Of a stretch of DNA of 64,000 bases, positions 34,701-43,414 are shown one piece after another. Within the stretch, counting starts at the first letter, position 1; each line of letters opens with the position of its first letter. Below the pieces are notes generated by a model. That model was not told the DNA's origin. It worked only from the letters and a program-made list of their open reading frames with translations, and searched no databases. Source of the DNA: Diplonema japonicum (lineage: Eukaryota > Protista > Euglenozoa: Diplonemea); NCBI GenBank assembly GCA_964019335.1, contig OZ025702.1:434001-498000 (forward strand). Reading direction: 5' to 3'. The position numbers and the translations under genes were made by a program.

Positions 34701-36134
34701 TCTATTCTACCCGCTGCCTTATACGGTGCGCCATATGCCCCACCGTCAAACGCGAAGATCGACGCCCTTAGGATCGCTGTAACAGATTGTCTGTGGGGTC
34801 CGTACAACACCACGCGCTCATCGGGCGCGCTCTTGAACATCGCACTACCGGGCCACACACACGACCCTCTTGCTGCCTTTGCCTACAAGACGGCGGGCAC
34901 CGTCCTGAGGCTAGCGGAAAATCGAAGAATACGAAAGCGTGCAAGAAAGATCCGGAAGAAGTACACGAAGAATATGAGGTCCGCTGGTCCCATAGGAACA
35001 CTCCTGCGTCTTCTGGAACCAGCCAAGCTCGGATGGCCTTGGGCCAGGGCCCTCTTGGGCGTGCATAAAGCTGCCAGAGGTCATGAGATACGGCGAGTGA
35101 CGAAAGCGATCAGAAGGAACGCAGTTGCCAAAGGCAGACCCTCCTTTATTGGTGTCGGCCGCGCAATTGACGAAGTCCGCACTAACGAGGTGTGGAAGAG
35201 TGCCAGGTCCGTGCAAGAGGAACGACTTGGCTTGAGGATGATCACGGGTGCCATGTTCCGCAGCTACCCGATCGTCGAACCAGAGGTACAATGTATTGGG
35301 TGTGAGGCGCTCTTCACCACGCAAGACGAGTACACCATACACACGTTCTGGAAATGCAAGGCACACGAAGAGGTACGCGGTGCACCTGAGTTCGCCCCTG
35401 CAATGCATGCATACAGGCAAGAGGGGATCACACGCTGCCTTGCACTACACGGCATCATCCCTCTGGAATGTAAGACGGAACGGCCAGAGGTAATACAACA
35501 GATGCTGCTTGCGATCATCAGGAGAGTGAGCGCGAAGCAGGAAACGAAGAAGGCCGCGGTAGAAAGGTTCCCTTGGAACAGACCGCTGGTTGGAAGAGGG
35601 TGCTCGGTGCCAAGCCTGGATTGGTACAAGAACAACGGACTGAAACACTTCCAAGGGGATACGATTGTCCCAGAAGTGCTCAAATGGCTTCGCATGCTGC
35701 AGTGGAGCCCACATGGTTCAGTCTCAAGGATAGAGCTCGCACTCGACTTTGAGGCCACGACCAAACAGCTCATCTTGGAAGATACGGCTGACGTACGTAA
35801 GCGTGCAAACCGGCTAGCTAAAGTTCTGACAAAACTGTCAGAGGTGGCCGAAAAGAAAGCACGACCCCCTCCTATCCCCGGGAAACCTTTCTTGACATCC
35901 TCCCTCCGATCCATTGGTGCAAACAAACGGATCCGAGGGTATACCTGCAGACCCACATTCGCATCGTACGACAAGGTGCGCTTCATCCTCGAACAGCGAC
36001 TCGCAACCGGTTCACCGGGGAGAGACGACTGGAGCGACAAGTTCGTGCCGACCTACCTCGAACCTACCCGAAGTATCCCCACCCCATCTGCCGATAAAAA
36101 TGCAGCGACGCAGAAGGGTAACAACACAAGATAG
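31758..36134 (+). CDS. Retrotransposon ORF2: 2A-like leader, AP endonuclease, reverse transcriptase, Zn-knuckle-like C-terminus (1458 aa)
   Basis: APE motifs SVNV, LCVQET, VNLYA, VGDMN, RPDYIL, PSH. RT motifs RPIT, HGFRP, LDFQKCFD, GILQGCPLS, YADD, KILGV. C-terminal CxxC...HTFWKC. Confidence 0.93.
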   Translation: MRTRIMIFLPISVPLLCYPPSVFSMSPYFSLPRICNQKHAYSNIAMEALLRLLADGDVHPNPGPPCKKISLKVKTTGLWKDFYVPAGEPQGTKGSVPRPPLTSIGDAKTCDTVTITSVNVTSWNNTFHILKKVTANILCVQETALTATTQFQVATTMKGDPGMTQRRVIFGKPQRGLMLDGVESPTLAERGGVATLYRIPGTCIEQHVLPDVGQQTRFQHVMYAMGEGNRWLHVVNLYADVDKSKAGVAARETLLCNILNRLRISLGQVPIIVVGDMNTTIDASPTLQHALNTHWVDASAMFAKHQGRDPSPTYVTAVAATRPDYILMNPIAAAALVSCVTEDIGVPSHRALTVTLKLPAMRQLVPMYKVPRQLKCPNTVITGTPGLFDRRIFNTTLLTNLNSAIRYLAVAVEDLLGADLTQRGRGDLRQPVLREISAPSNHEGCGAATCKENQVAILKRKIKSLIRRMEETPAIGCMSHEMRAQIRNVYTTAVRLKLWTERPDPQDWSCNDEIYTAMAELRGRAAKSNAEIISRNKRHRNKEYARWTAEEFGTDRKRVTAFLKDGTVEQETKTTQTVRRDSGQITANAVEMLRTLEQHWAKVFCLFGNGETKPSYKKFKATYGQFIKRTEMTCPLITVQDLRVVLARTKKKTACAVDGWRFAELHCLPDDVLGSFADLFNAIELQGRWPDTVMTALISMLPKNGTGQPLDHRPITVTSVIYRLWACVRLKHVLEWQEKWIDPTMHGFRPKHGADHVLMDISTMVEDALLGGRPLYGLALDFQKCFDRVPQEIALSLVEDLGLSVSITRPMRYVYENLQRRLKLPLGVGEVLHVDNGILQGCPLSAVLINALLSIMVKEIGHLTKAKTTSYADDVTMYSRKSERHVQRAVDRVSEFCKITGMALNHEKTLAFSTVKKYTSTLRQGGFTFATKKKVKILGVTLSMERKGRADNKRVEKAVETAKRLAALQLPFTKKALIVSQSILPAALYGAPYAPPSNAKIDALRIAVTDCLWGPYNTTRSSGALLNIALPGHTHDPLAAFAYKTAGTVLRLAENRRIRKRARKIRKKYTKNMRSAGPIGTLLRLLEPAKLGWPWARALLGVHKAARGHEIRRVTKAIRRNAVAKGRPSFIGVGRAIDEVRTNEVWKSARSVQEERLGLRMITGAMFRSYPIVEPEVQCIGCEALFTTQDEYTIHTFWKCKAHEEVRGAPEFAPAMHAYRQEGITRCLALHGIIPLECKTERPEVIQQMLLAIIRRVSAKQETKKAAVERFPWNRPLVGRGCSVPSLDWYKNNGLKHFQGDTIVPEVLKWLRMLQWSPHGSVSRIELALDFEATTKQLILEDTADVRKRANRLAKVLTKLSEVAEKKARPPPIPGKPFLTSSLRSIGANKRIRGYTCRPTFASYDKVRFILEQRLATGSPGRDDWSDKFVPTYLEPTRSIPTPSADKNAATQKGNNTR
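31893..31949 (+). other. 2A-like (StopGo) peptide MEALLRLLADGDVHPNPG/P
   Basis: Leu-rich helix followed by GD-V-H-x-NPGP. The canonical motif is D(V/I)ExNPGP, so E is replaced by H. Confidence 0.75.
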
Positions 36135-36332
36135 ACCCCCCACCACGCTGCACACTTAACGCCAAATAGTGTTGCAACCAAAGCCCCATTTTTTTTTTTA
36201 AATAATTTTTTTTCTCCTCTCATAAAAAAAACCCCTCGTCCCTCCCCCCCCCCTCTTTTTCTATTTTCTTTTTAAATATTTTTGAAAATATTATATCATT
36301 CCCCCCCCAAAGAAAAACAGAGCACACTCTAA

Positions 36333-37145
36333 ATGCAATGTGCACCTTTTGGAAACCCGTGTGGATCTTGTAACAAAGGGCAAGTTTGCAGCCAAATAGA
36401 AAATTGCGCTTTCATGTGCATTACAAGCCTAGATGGTGCAGGAAGCTGGGTAAAGGACGCAGGTGAAGACGAATACAGGACGCTCCTGCCGTGGGCAGGT
36501 TTCTTGGAAGGGATAGGGGTGGTGCTCATAGTTTTAATAGGGTTGCTGTGGAAGAAAACGGGGACGTATGAAGTTGGAGTGAGCAGGGAGACGCTGCCCA
36601 CCGTCCCGCCACCACCACCACCACCACCACGACAACCGAGAAGCATTGCATCTCCAGAAGAAGTCAAAGCCCATGTGATGAGCCCTGCCATCGCATCGTC
36701 TGTATCGCCTGTGGCTTCTATTGAAGCAATGTCACCTACTCTAACCCCAAAGGATCTTCATATCGATTTCGCAAACACTGAGCCGACCCCACACTCCCCT
36801 GATCAGCTGCTTGATACACCGCTGTCATGTGGGTTTTCCGTGGAGATCGACTCCAAGAGGCTTGCCGGTCTCTATGGCGTCTCCAAGACTAATGCAGAAT
36901 TCACGTGTTACTGTCACCACTTCACACAGGATGGTGCGCACTGTACCGTTACGCAGACGGATTCTAAAGCGTCTCGTGCCTGTCCTGGGGTGTTGTACGC
37001 CCGCAAGAGCAGTGCGGCATTCAACTTCCTTGGCATCTCGAACCTCATTTTAGAATGCCGTCCTAAAAAGGACGGGCACACCCGGTGCACGGACAAACAC
37101 TGCCCTTACCTGGCGGAGGGGGTCGCGTGTCCTTACACCGTGTAA
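36333..37145 (+). CDS. Hypothetical single-TM protein with Cys-rich N-terminus and Cys/His-rich C-terminus
   Basis: 270-aa ORF; TM IGVVLIVLIGLLW; poly-Pro linker. Confidence 0.65.
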   Translation: MQCAPFGNPCGSCNKGQVCSQIENCAFMCITSLDGAGSWVKDAGEDEYRTLLPWAGFLEGIGVVLIVLIGLLWKKTGTYEVGVSRETLPTVPPPPPPPPRQPRSIASPEEVKAHVMSPAIASSVSPVASIEAMSPTLTPKDLHIDFANTEPTPHSPDQLLDTPLSCGFSVEIDSKRLAGLYGVSKTNAEFTCYCHHFTQDGAHCTVTQTDSKASRACPGVLYARKSSAAFNFLGISNLILECRPKKDGHTRCTDKHCPYLAEGVACPYTV

Positions 37146-37270
37146 AAAAAAAGAGAAGAAAAAAAAAAAAAGAAAAAAAAGAAAGGGGTGGGGGAAATGT
37201 TGTGTTTTATGTTATATTTATCACCCCTTCCCCTTCCCTTTCCCCTTCCCCTTCACCACCCTCAGACAGC

Positions 37271-38008
37271 ATGGATCTATATGATGCGATAAGTGAGGAT
37301 GGTGCCAAGGACGTCACTTGCTACGTTTTCGGCAGTTATCTAAAAAGGAAAGGTGTTCCCCTTGACGAAAGACTAGTAGGTGTGGTGTTCAAACGGTGCG
37401 ATGTGGACAAGGACTTCATACTGGACCGAAGGGAGGTGGGGCTGATAGCCGATTTGTATCCGGCCCTGGGGACCAGCCTGCAAAGGTGCAGCACGCTGGA
37501 AAGCGAAGACGGAGTCGAGATAGGGACGGGACTGGGCGCGGTGGAGAAGGAGTACTTAGTACTGAAAAAAAAAGAAGGCCTTGCGAGGCGGCACTTGAAA
37601 TCCTGCCGTGAGACCTGTGACGAACTGACGACAACCCTTGCTGCTAGAGAGCGGAAGGTTTCGCAGCTCAACGAAATATATAACACCACCACTGTGCTGC
37701 ACGAAGCATCTCTTAGAGACACCGCTTCGCATACTGCAAAACAAAACCGGCTTAAGAAACAGCTTGCTACCCGACAGCAAGAATTAGCTGAAGCCACCAA
37801 TTTCGCCATCCGCACAGCGTCAGAACACGAAGAGGCAACCGCTTCTTTCACAACGGCGCAGCTGAAGACGTGTTCTTGCATCGCGTATGAAAAGAAGTTG
37901 AAAAGCTTGCGAAACAACGATGCTGCAGAGATGAAAACACCGAAAAAGAAAACCTTCGGTGGGGCGCACCGCTTGCCGTTCACCCCTAGAGACGTCAACG
38001 CATATTGA
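37271..38008 (+). CDS. EF-hand and coiled-coil protein
   Basis: EF loop F..CDVDKDFILDRRE followed by a long heptad region. Confidence 0.65.
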   Translation: MDLYDAISEDGAKDVTCYVFGSYLKRKGVPLDERLVGVVFKRCDVDKDFILDRREVGLIADLYPALGTSLQRCSTLESEDGVEIGTGLGAVEKEYLVLKKKEGLARRHLKSCRETCDELTTTLAARERKVSQLNEIYNTTTVLHEASLRDTASHTAKQNRLKKQLATRQQELAEATNFAIRTASEHEEATASFTTAQLKTCSCIAYEKKLKSLRNNDAAEMKTPKKKTFGGAHRLPFTPRDVNAY

Positions 38009-38146
38009 ACGAGAGGAAAAAGGAAAAGATAGATGTACACTAGTAGATAGAGATGTAAACACCACTTTCTTCTTTTTTTTGTGCAGAGCAGAATATAAGC
38101 AAATCAACAGGAGATCGGGGTATTGGGAGTTGTGATGATGTAGAGA

Positions 38147-39484
38147 ATGGGTTGCTGCTTCAGCCGGTCTGATGATAATGCCGATCCTGCCTCGCCCCTG
38201 CCACCTCCGCACCCGTTGCCCGTCACCAAACGCAAGGCCGTGCAGCACAGGGTGAACCCCTTGCAGCAGTATCACGGTGCGTACACATTCGAGGACGCCA
38301 TCGCTGGGAGATGGGCAGCACCGGGAGAGCAGTTGCCACGTCGGCCTGACGCAGCTTGCAAACCTGTACGGATGACACCTGTGGTCATCGTTCCTGAGGC
38401 AAAAACTGTGATTAAGGTGTACAAGGTGGGTGACAGCGGGAAGAAGCCCTCCAAGCCCGAGTCTGGTCCTGCTGTCGTCGACTGCTACGGGTTGGAGGTT
38501 AACATCAGCAGTAGCTCGACAGAGTTGAGATTGCCCTCTTCTCCGTCGCCTCAAGACCCTGCCCCTCCTCCTCCTTTTCCTACGGCTTTGCCACCAGCCC
38601 GTGCCCCGACACCCGCCCCTGCAGCCCCCGTGCTGCCTGAACGGCCTTGCCTACAAGCGGTTCTCGAGAACCATCGCCGTGCGATGCCGTCTTCCACGTC
38701 GTGGGACATCACGCCCGTTTTAACGCACCCCCACCCGCCCAGTCTCCTCACCACTATCATCATGAAAGAACACATCCTTAAGAATAGTTTCAGAGATCTC
38801 CAAGCGGAGCATGGGAGTCTTGACAGCTTTTACGAGCAGGCGGTGCCAAAGAGACTGGCAGAATGCAGCAACACCTGCAGCGGGGCTGGAAAGAACACAG
38901 GCCGTGGAGAGAAGAGCCGAGCGAACCTCAAGAGAGCATTGCGGGTAGCAAGGGAAGGCGTACGGAGGGATGACAAGCTGGTGAACCTGTATATGGATGT
39001 AAACAAAGAAGTGTACAACGGGGTCATGGAGGCGATCCCATCACAGCATATGGGGCGCTCACGGAGTGAGTGCAACCTTAAGGTTAAGGTGGGCAAGGTG
39101 TGTGTGTTCCCCCCCGAGGAGGTGGACGCGGCCATGGCTGCTATTGAGAATTACTATTTGAAAACGAAAGAAGCAGTGCTCCAAGGGGAAGCACTTGGCA
39201 TCGACCTTGTTGCGCGACTCTTTATGTCGCTCATATCTGTGCACCCATGTCCTGATGGCAACGGCCGCACTGCGTCTTGCATAGTGACCGCTGTGGCAGA
39301 GACTCTTTCCCTACCCCCACCCCTTCTCACAAAGGAGTCTTGCAAGATTCTACGTGCATATGAAAATCAACAACATCCTTCACAAAATTCCACTCCTTCT
39401 GACTGCCTCCATATAATGTCCACGGCTATGGCGGACGCCCTAATGACACTCTCGGACCACCTCGATGAGGTAATAGAAACATAA
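38147..39484 (+). CDS. Fic/Doc-domain protein with N-terminal dual-acylation motif
   Basis: HPCPDGNGR at about 39242-39268; starts MGCCFS. Confidence 0.8.
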   Translation: MGCCFSRSDDNADPASPLPPPHPLPVTKRKAVQHRVNPLQQYHGAYTFEDAIAGRWAAPGEQLPRRPDAACKPVRMTPVVIVPEAKTVIKVYKVGDSGKKPSKPESGPAVVDCYGLEVNISSSSTELRLPSSPSPQDPAPPPPFPTALPPARAPTPAPAAPVLPERPCLQAVLENHRRAMPSSTSWDITPVLTHPHPPSLLTTIIMKEHILKNSFRDLQAEHGSLDSFYEQAVPKRLAECSNTCSGAGKNTGRGEKSRANLKRALRVAREGVRRDDKLVNLYMDVNKEVYNGVMEAIPSQHMGRSRSECNLKVKVGKVCVFPPEEVDAAMAAIENYYLKTKEAVLQGEALGIDLVARLFMSLISVHPCPDGNGRTASCIVTAVAETLSLPPPLLTKESCKILRAYENQQHPSQNSTPSDCLHIMSTAMADALMTLSDHLDEVIET

Positions 39485-39683
39485 AAGCAAAAAAAAAAAC
39501 AAAACAAAACAAAAAAAAAAAAAAAAAAAAAACGTTTTTTTTTTTTCTTCTTTTTCTTTTTACCTGTTCAATTCCTTTTTGTTTCTTATCCCTCATGTAG
39601 TTTTTTTATATTTTTTTTTTTTTGAAACCTTCTTTGAAAACTTTTACCCTTCGCACCCCATCCACTCTCAAAGTGCCTGCAAA

Positions 39684-41387
39684 ATGAGCTCCCCCAGACC
39701 CGAAGGGACGGATGCCAAAAGGCCGCACATCATCAGCCTGTTCAACCCCAGCGACTACTCGACAGCAACGATGCCGTGTGATTTGATCAACCTGACCTTG
39801 GGGCAGATAAAGGCACACGCTGCTCTACAGTTCGGGCTAGCAGGAACAGTCTTCGAGCTGATGCACAACGGCAACCTGCTTGGGGACAGCGGGAAGGCCA
39901 TCGATGTAGGCATCGGGAACGGGGCAGTCGTCGTTGCTCATGTGAAGCAGCCCCCCGTGATGCCCATGCTACCCGCTGTGAACCCGCAGCTGCAGATGTA
40001 CCAGCTGGCGCTTACGAACCAGTTCGCCGCGTCGCTGACTTCGCCCCTCCCGTCACCGCAGCTCCCGGTCAGCTCCGCCATGCTTGCCGCAGGCCCACCT
40101 CCTCCCTTTATCCCTCAAATGGAGATCGGTGCAAGGTCAGGCAGTTGTGGTTCTGAGGTGTCCCTTACCACCCCTGCCACCTCGCCGCCCTCTCCCACCC
40201 CGACGCCATTCCCTGTGAACTCCGTTCCCGTCTCGACTGAGTTCTGCACCTATGCGGTTACTAGCGACGGGTCGCGGGCACTTCTCCAAGCGCTGCAGGG
40301 CCTCCCAGACCCCGCAGAGACTATCGACCAAGTGCTTCCCATCTTGTGCCCGAAGATGACAAGCCTAGCCGTGAACCACCATGCCTCGCGTGTCATCATA
40401 GGGATCATCAACCTGTGCAGACCGCAGCAGATGCTGATGCTGCTGACGCACATCTGCAGCAACGTCGCCGAGCTGGTGGAGTCGAACTCAGGGTCTGAAG
40501 TCATGGTGGCGCTCGTGAACAACACGAAAGGCGCCGACGCGTACCGCAACGAGGCAGGCACACCGCTGCTGGTGGAGGCAATCGCGGGAAGCTTGCCGGC
40601 GTTCGCAACATCTGTGAACGGCAGGAAGGTATGCCGCTAGAAATCCAACACAACACAACAGGTCCTTCAAGCAGTGCTGCAGAAGCTCGCCCCAGAGGAT
40701 GTCATGCTGATCTACGAGGCAGCAGCGGTGGGGCTGGTTTCACTAGCGACGGATCAATGCGGGTGCATCACAATGCAAAGGTTGTGGGACAACGCAGGCC
40801 CCACCGTCAGAGCAAGGCTGCAGTCTCAGCTGATACACAACCTGGAGCAGATGCTGACGGACCCTTACGGCAACTACGTAGTGCAGCACGCTGTGAAGGG
40901 GAACCCAACATTCTCCGCTGTTGTCGCAGAGAAGGTCACAGGGAGGATCTTGGAGTTTGCGGTGAACAAGTTCGCTTCAAATGTCATCGAAAAGTGCATG
41001 CAAACCGGTCCTGATGAGGTCAGGGAAGCTCTTATGAATAAGGTAACGGAAGAGGGTGTACTGGAGCATCTGATTGTTGATGCTTATGGGAACTATGTGG
41101 TCCAGTCAGTGGTGGATCAAGTGCCCGTGGGCTTGCTTGAGTATTTGCGTGCGTGTATTTTGCCTTTGGTGGGTGGGTCTCCTTATGGTTATCGAATTGA
41201 GACGAAACTTCAGAAAAGGTTCAGGAGCACATCTAGGAAGCCCCCTCACAATGGTTCTCGCCAGCCCCTTCAGAATCTCTCCTCGCACGCCCCTTCTTCT
41301 GCGTCGGCGAACACTTCCACAACTCCCTTTGCAAAGGCTGTTCCGTGCTCAGCCCACCCTGGGCTTTCTTTCTCTAATAAGGCGTAG
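39684..41387 (+). CDS. Pumilio/PUF RNA-binding protein with N-terminal ubiquitin-like region; exons 39684-40628, 40662-41387
   Basis: PUF repeats DQCGCITMQR, DPYGNYVVQH, NKFASNVIEK, DAYGNYVVQS. 33-nt phase-0 intron. Confidence 0.9.
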
Positions 41388-41711
41388 TTTTTTTTATTTT
41401 ATTTTATTGCCCTTTACCTTTTTTCTTTTTTTTTTTTAAATCCGGGAAAAAAAAAGCCAAGAAAGAATTGTTGTTTTTTTTTTTTTTTTTTTCTTCTTCT
41501 TTTTTTTTTTTTTTTTTTTTTTTGCACCACCCCATTCACTTTGTTTTCCCAAATATAGCTTTAGAAGAAGAATTACTAATAATAAAAAAAGACTTTTTTT
41601 TTTTTTTTTTTTTTTTTTCCTGACATGCTTATAAGATGTCAGAAATAAGAAATAAGAAAAAAACAAGTGGAAAAAAAGGAGGGGAATCCCTTTTTTTTTT
41701 TTTTTTTTTTT

Positions 41712-42035
41712 TTATTTCACTCTTCCGAAATTACTTCACGCCCTCGGGGCTCATTACTTCACGGTGAAATTATAGCCTATCAGTAGACCAATTTTTGGCT
41801 CGGATCAGGCCTGATCAGGGATGGTGTAGTCAACGAAAGGAGGAAAAGCAAGTTGTATTGTAACCTTTGTTACCCCTCTCTTGCTGTACCCCTTGTCACC
41901 TCTTTTGCCACCTTGTAGTCTGGTAGTTTCGGGGAGTCGTGAATTAAAGCCACTTACCTCCGCATTTTACGGTAAAATGCGGTACCTAAAAGTAACGGTA
42001 TAGTTATTACTTGTTGGTAGTAAATGGCTTATTAT
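41712..42035. mobile_element. Second non-coding hairpin element with architecture similar to 17442-18091
   Basis: Repeated (T)ATT(AC)TTCAC motifs at the left end; palindrome CCGCATTTTAC-G-GTAAAATGCGG (41960-41982) nested inside inverted arms TAAAGCCACTTAC / GTAAATGGCTTTA. Confidence 0.5.
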
Positions 42036-42238
42036 TTTTACACCTTTTTTTTACCAAAAAAAAAATTTAAATGAAAAAAAAAAAATCTTGTTTGTTTGTA
42101 CAACCCCCCCCTTTCAATGACCTCTACTCCTTTCTTTTAATTTTCTTTTGGGTATTTGCGGCTAAGTACATAAGAATTTTTTTTTTTTAACTAGAGGGGA
42201 AAAGAAAAGAAAGTTCTCAAGTAGTTTAGTATCAGCTA

Positions 42239-42277
<39 letters not shown>

Positions 42278-43367
42278 GTACTTAGCATTAAAAAAAAGAA
42301 GAACAAAAGAAAAAGAAAAAGAAGAAAAAAAAAGAAAGATCCCCCCCCCCCCACACACAATAACATACCTACCTTCGTTTCCATGTTTTTTTTAGATGAA
42401 ATTTATAAATTTCGAGGGAGCCGTCTGCTGCGACCTTGGCCCTCCCCCTCTTTTCACATCCCCCCCCCCATCCCATGAGCCCTCTTAGATTATAAAGCTT
42501 CAAAGCTGTGTTGTTCTATTTAGCCTTTCTTACTTTTTTTTTTTTAAAGTGTTTTACTCAAAGTTCCCTAAAAGAAGTTTTAGTCCTTTCGTAGTAGCCC
42601 TTTCTTTTTTTTTTTTCTTTCTCCTCCCTCTTCGCCAGGTAGCAATTCAAAAAAAAAAAAGAAAAAGTTTTGTTGAGGGCGGACTTGCCCTCACTTTCGG
42701 CTTAAAAAGACAGGGAGTGGGGGGGGGAGCGGGGAGAGAAAAGAATTTACTAGAAGGAGATACTCAGTAGCGAATAAAGAAGAAAGAAGAAGGGGAGAAA
42801 AAGAAGAAAAAAAAAAAAGAAAGAAAGAAAGCAAAAGAAAGAACTTGTAAAAGGGCCTTAACACAAAAAAAAAAAAAGAGAATGAGGGCGGGTTGAGCAT
42901 GGGAACTCAAAATAAAATGAAATTAAAAAAAAAAGGCTTTAGCCTTGAATGGCCTTTGAAAGGAAAAAAAAAAAGAAAATGTGTTCGGGAAAAAGAAAGG
43001 GGGGAGGGGAGGGGAGGGGATTTCTTCCTTTCTTCTTATTTGTTTTTCCCGTGATTCTTTGCGAACGTATCGAAAAGAGAAGAGGAAATTGAAAAAAAAA
43101 AAAAAATGAGAAAAAAAAAGAAAGAGGAAGAAAAGAGCTTTTTTTTTCTTTTTATTTTTTTTTCCCCCCTCCGACCCTCTTTTCTTTACCCTTTACCCTT
43201 CCCCATCCCCCTTCTCTCTCTCCCTTCCCTCTCTCTTTCTCCCCCCTCTCCTTCCTTATAAAAGGGGGGTGAAAAAAAATTTTTTTTTTATTTCGATTTT
43301 CTTTTATTTATTTTTTGGGGATTTCCTCTATTTCCAACTCCTTATCCCCCCAAGAACTTTGGAAAAA

Positions 43368-43411
<44 letters not shown>

Positions 43412-43414
43412 AAA

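Larger units (their letters stand above)
30540..36183 (+). mobile_element. Non-LTR retrotransposon (APE-RT type), probably 5'-truncated in ORF1, ORF2 uninterrupted
   Basis: Two ORFs with APE, RT and CCHC-like domains. Sharp compositional boundaries against homopolymer flanks. Candidate target duplication CCCCAT at 30534-30539 and 36184-36189. 3' stem-loop at about 36149-36176. Confidence 0.92.
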
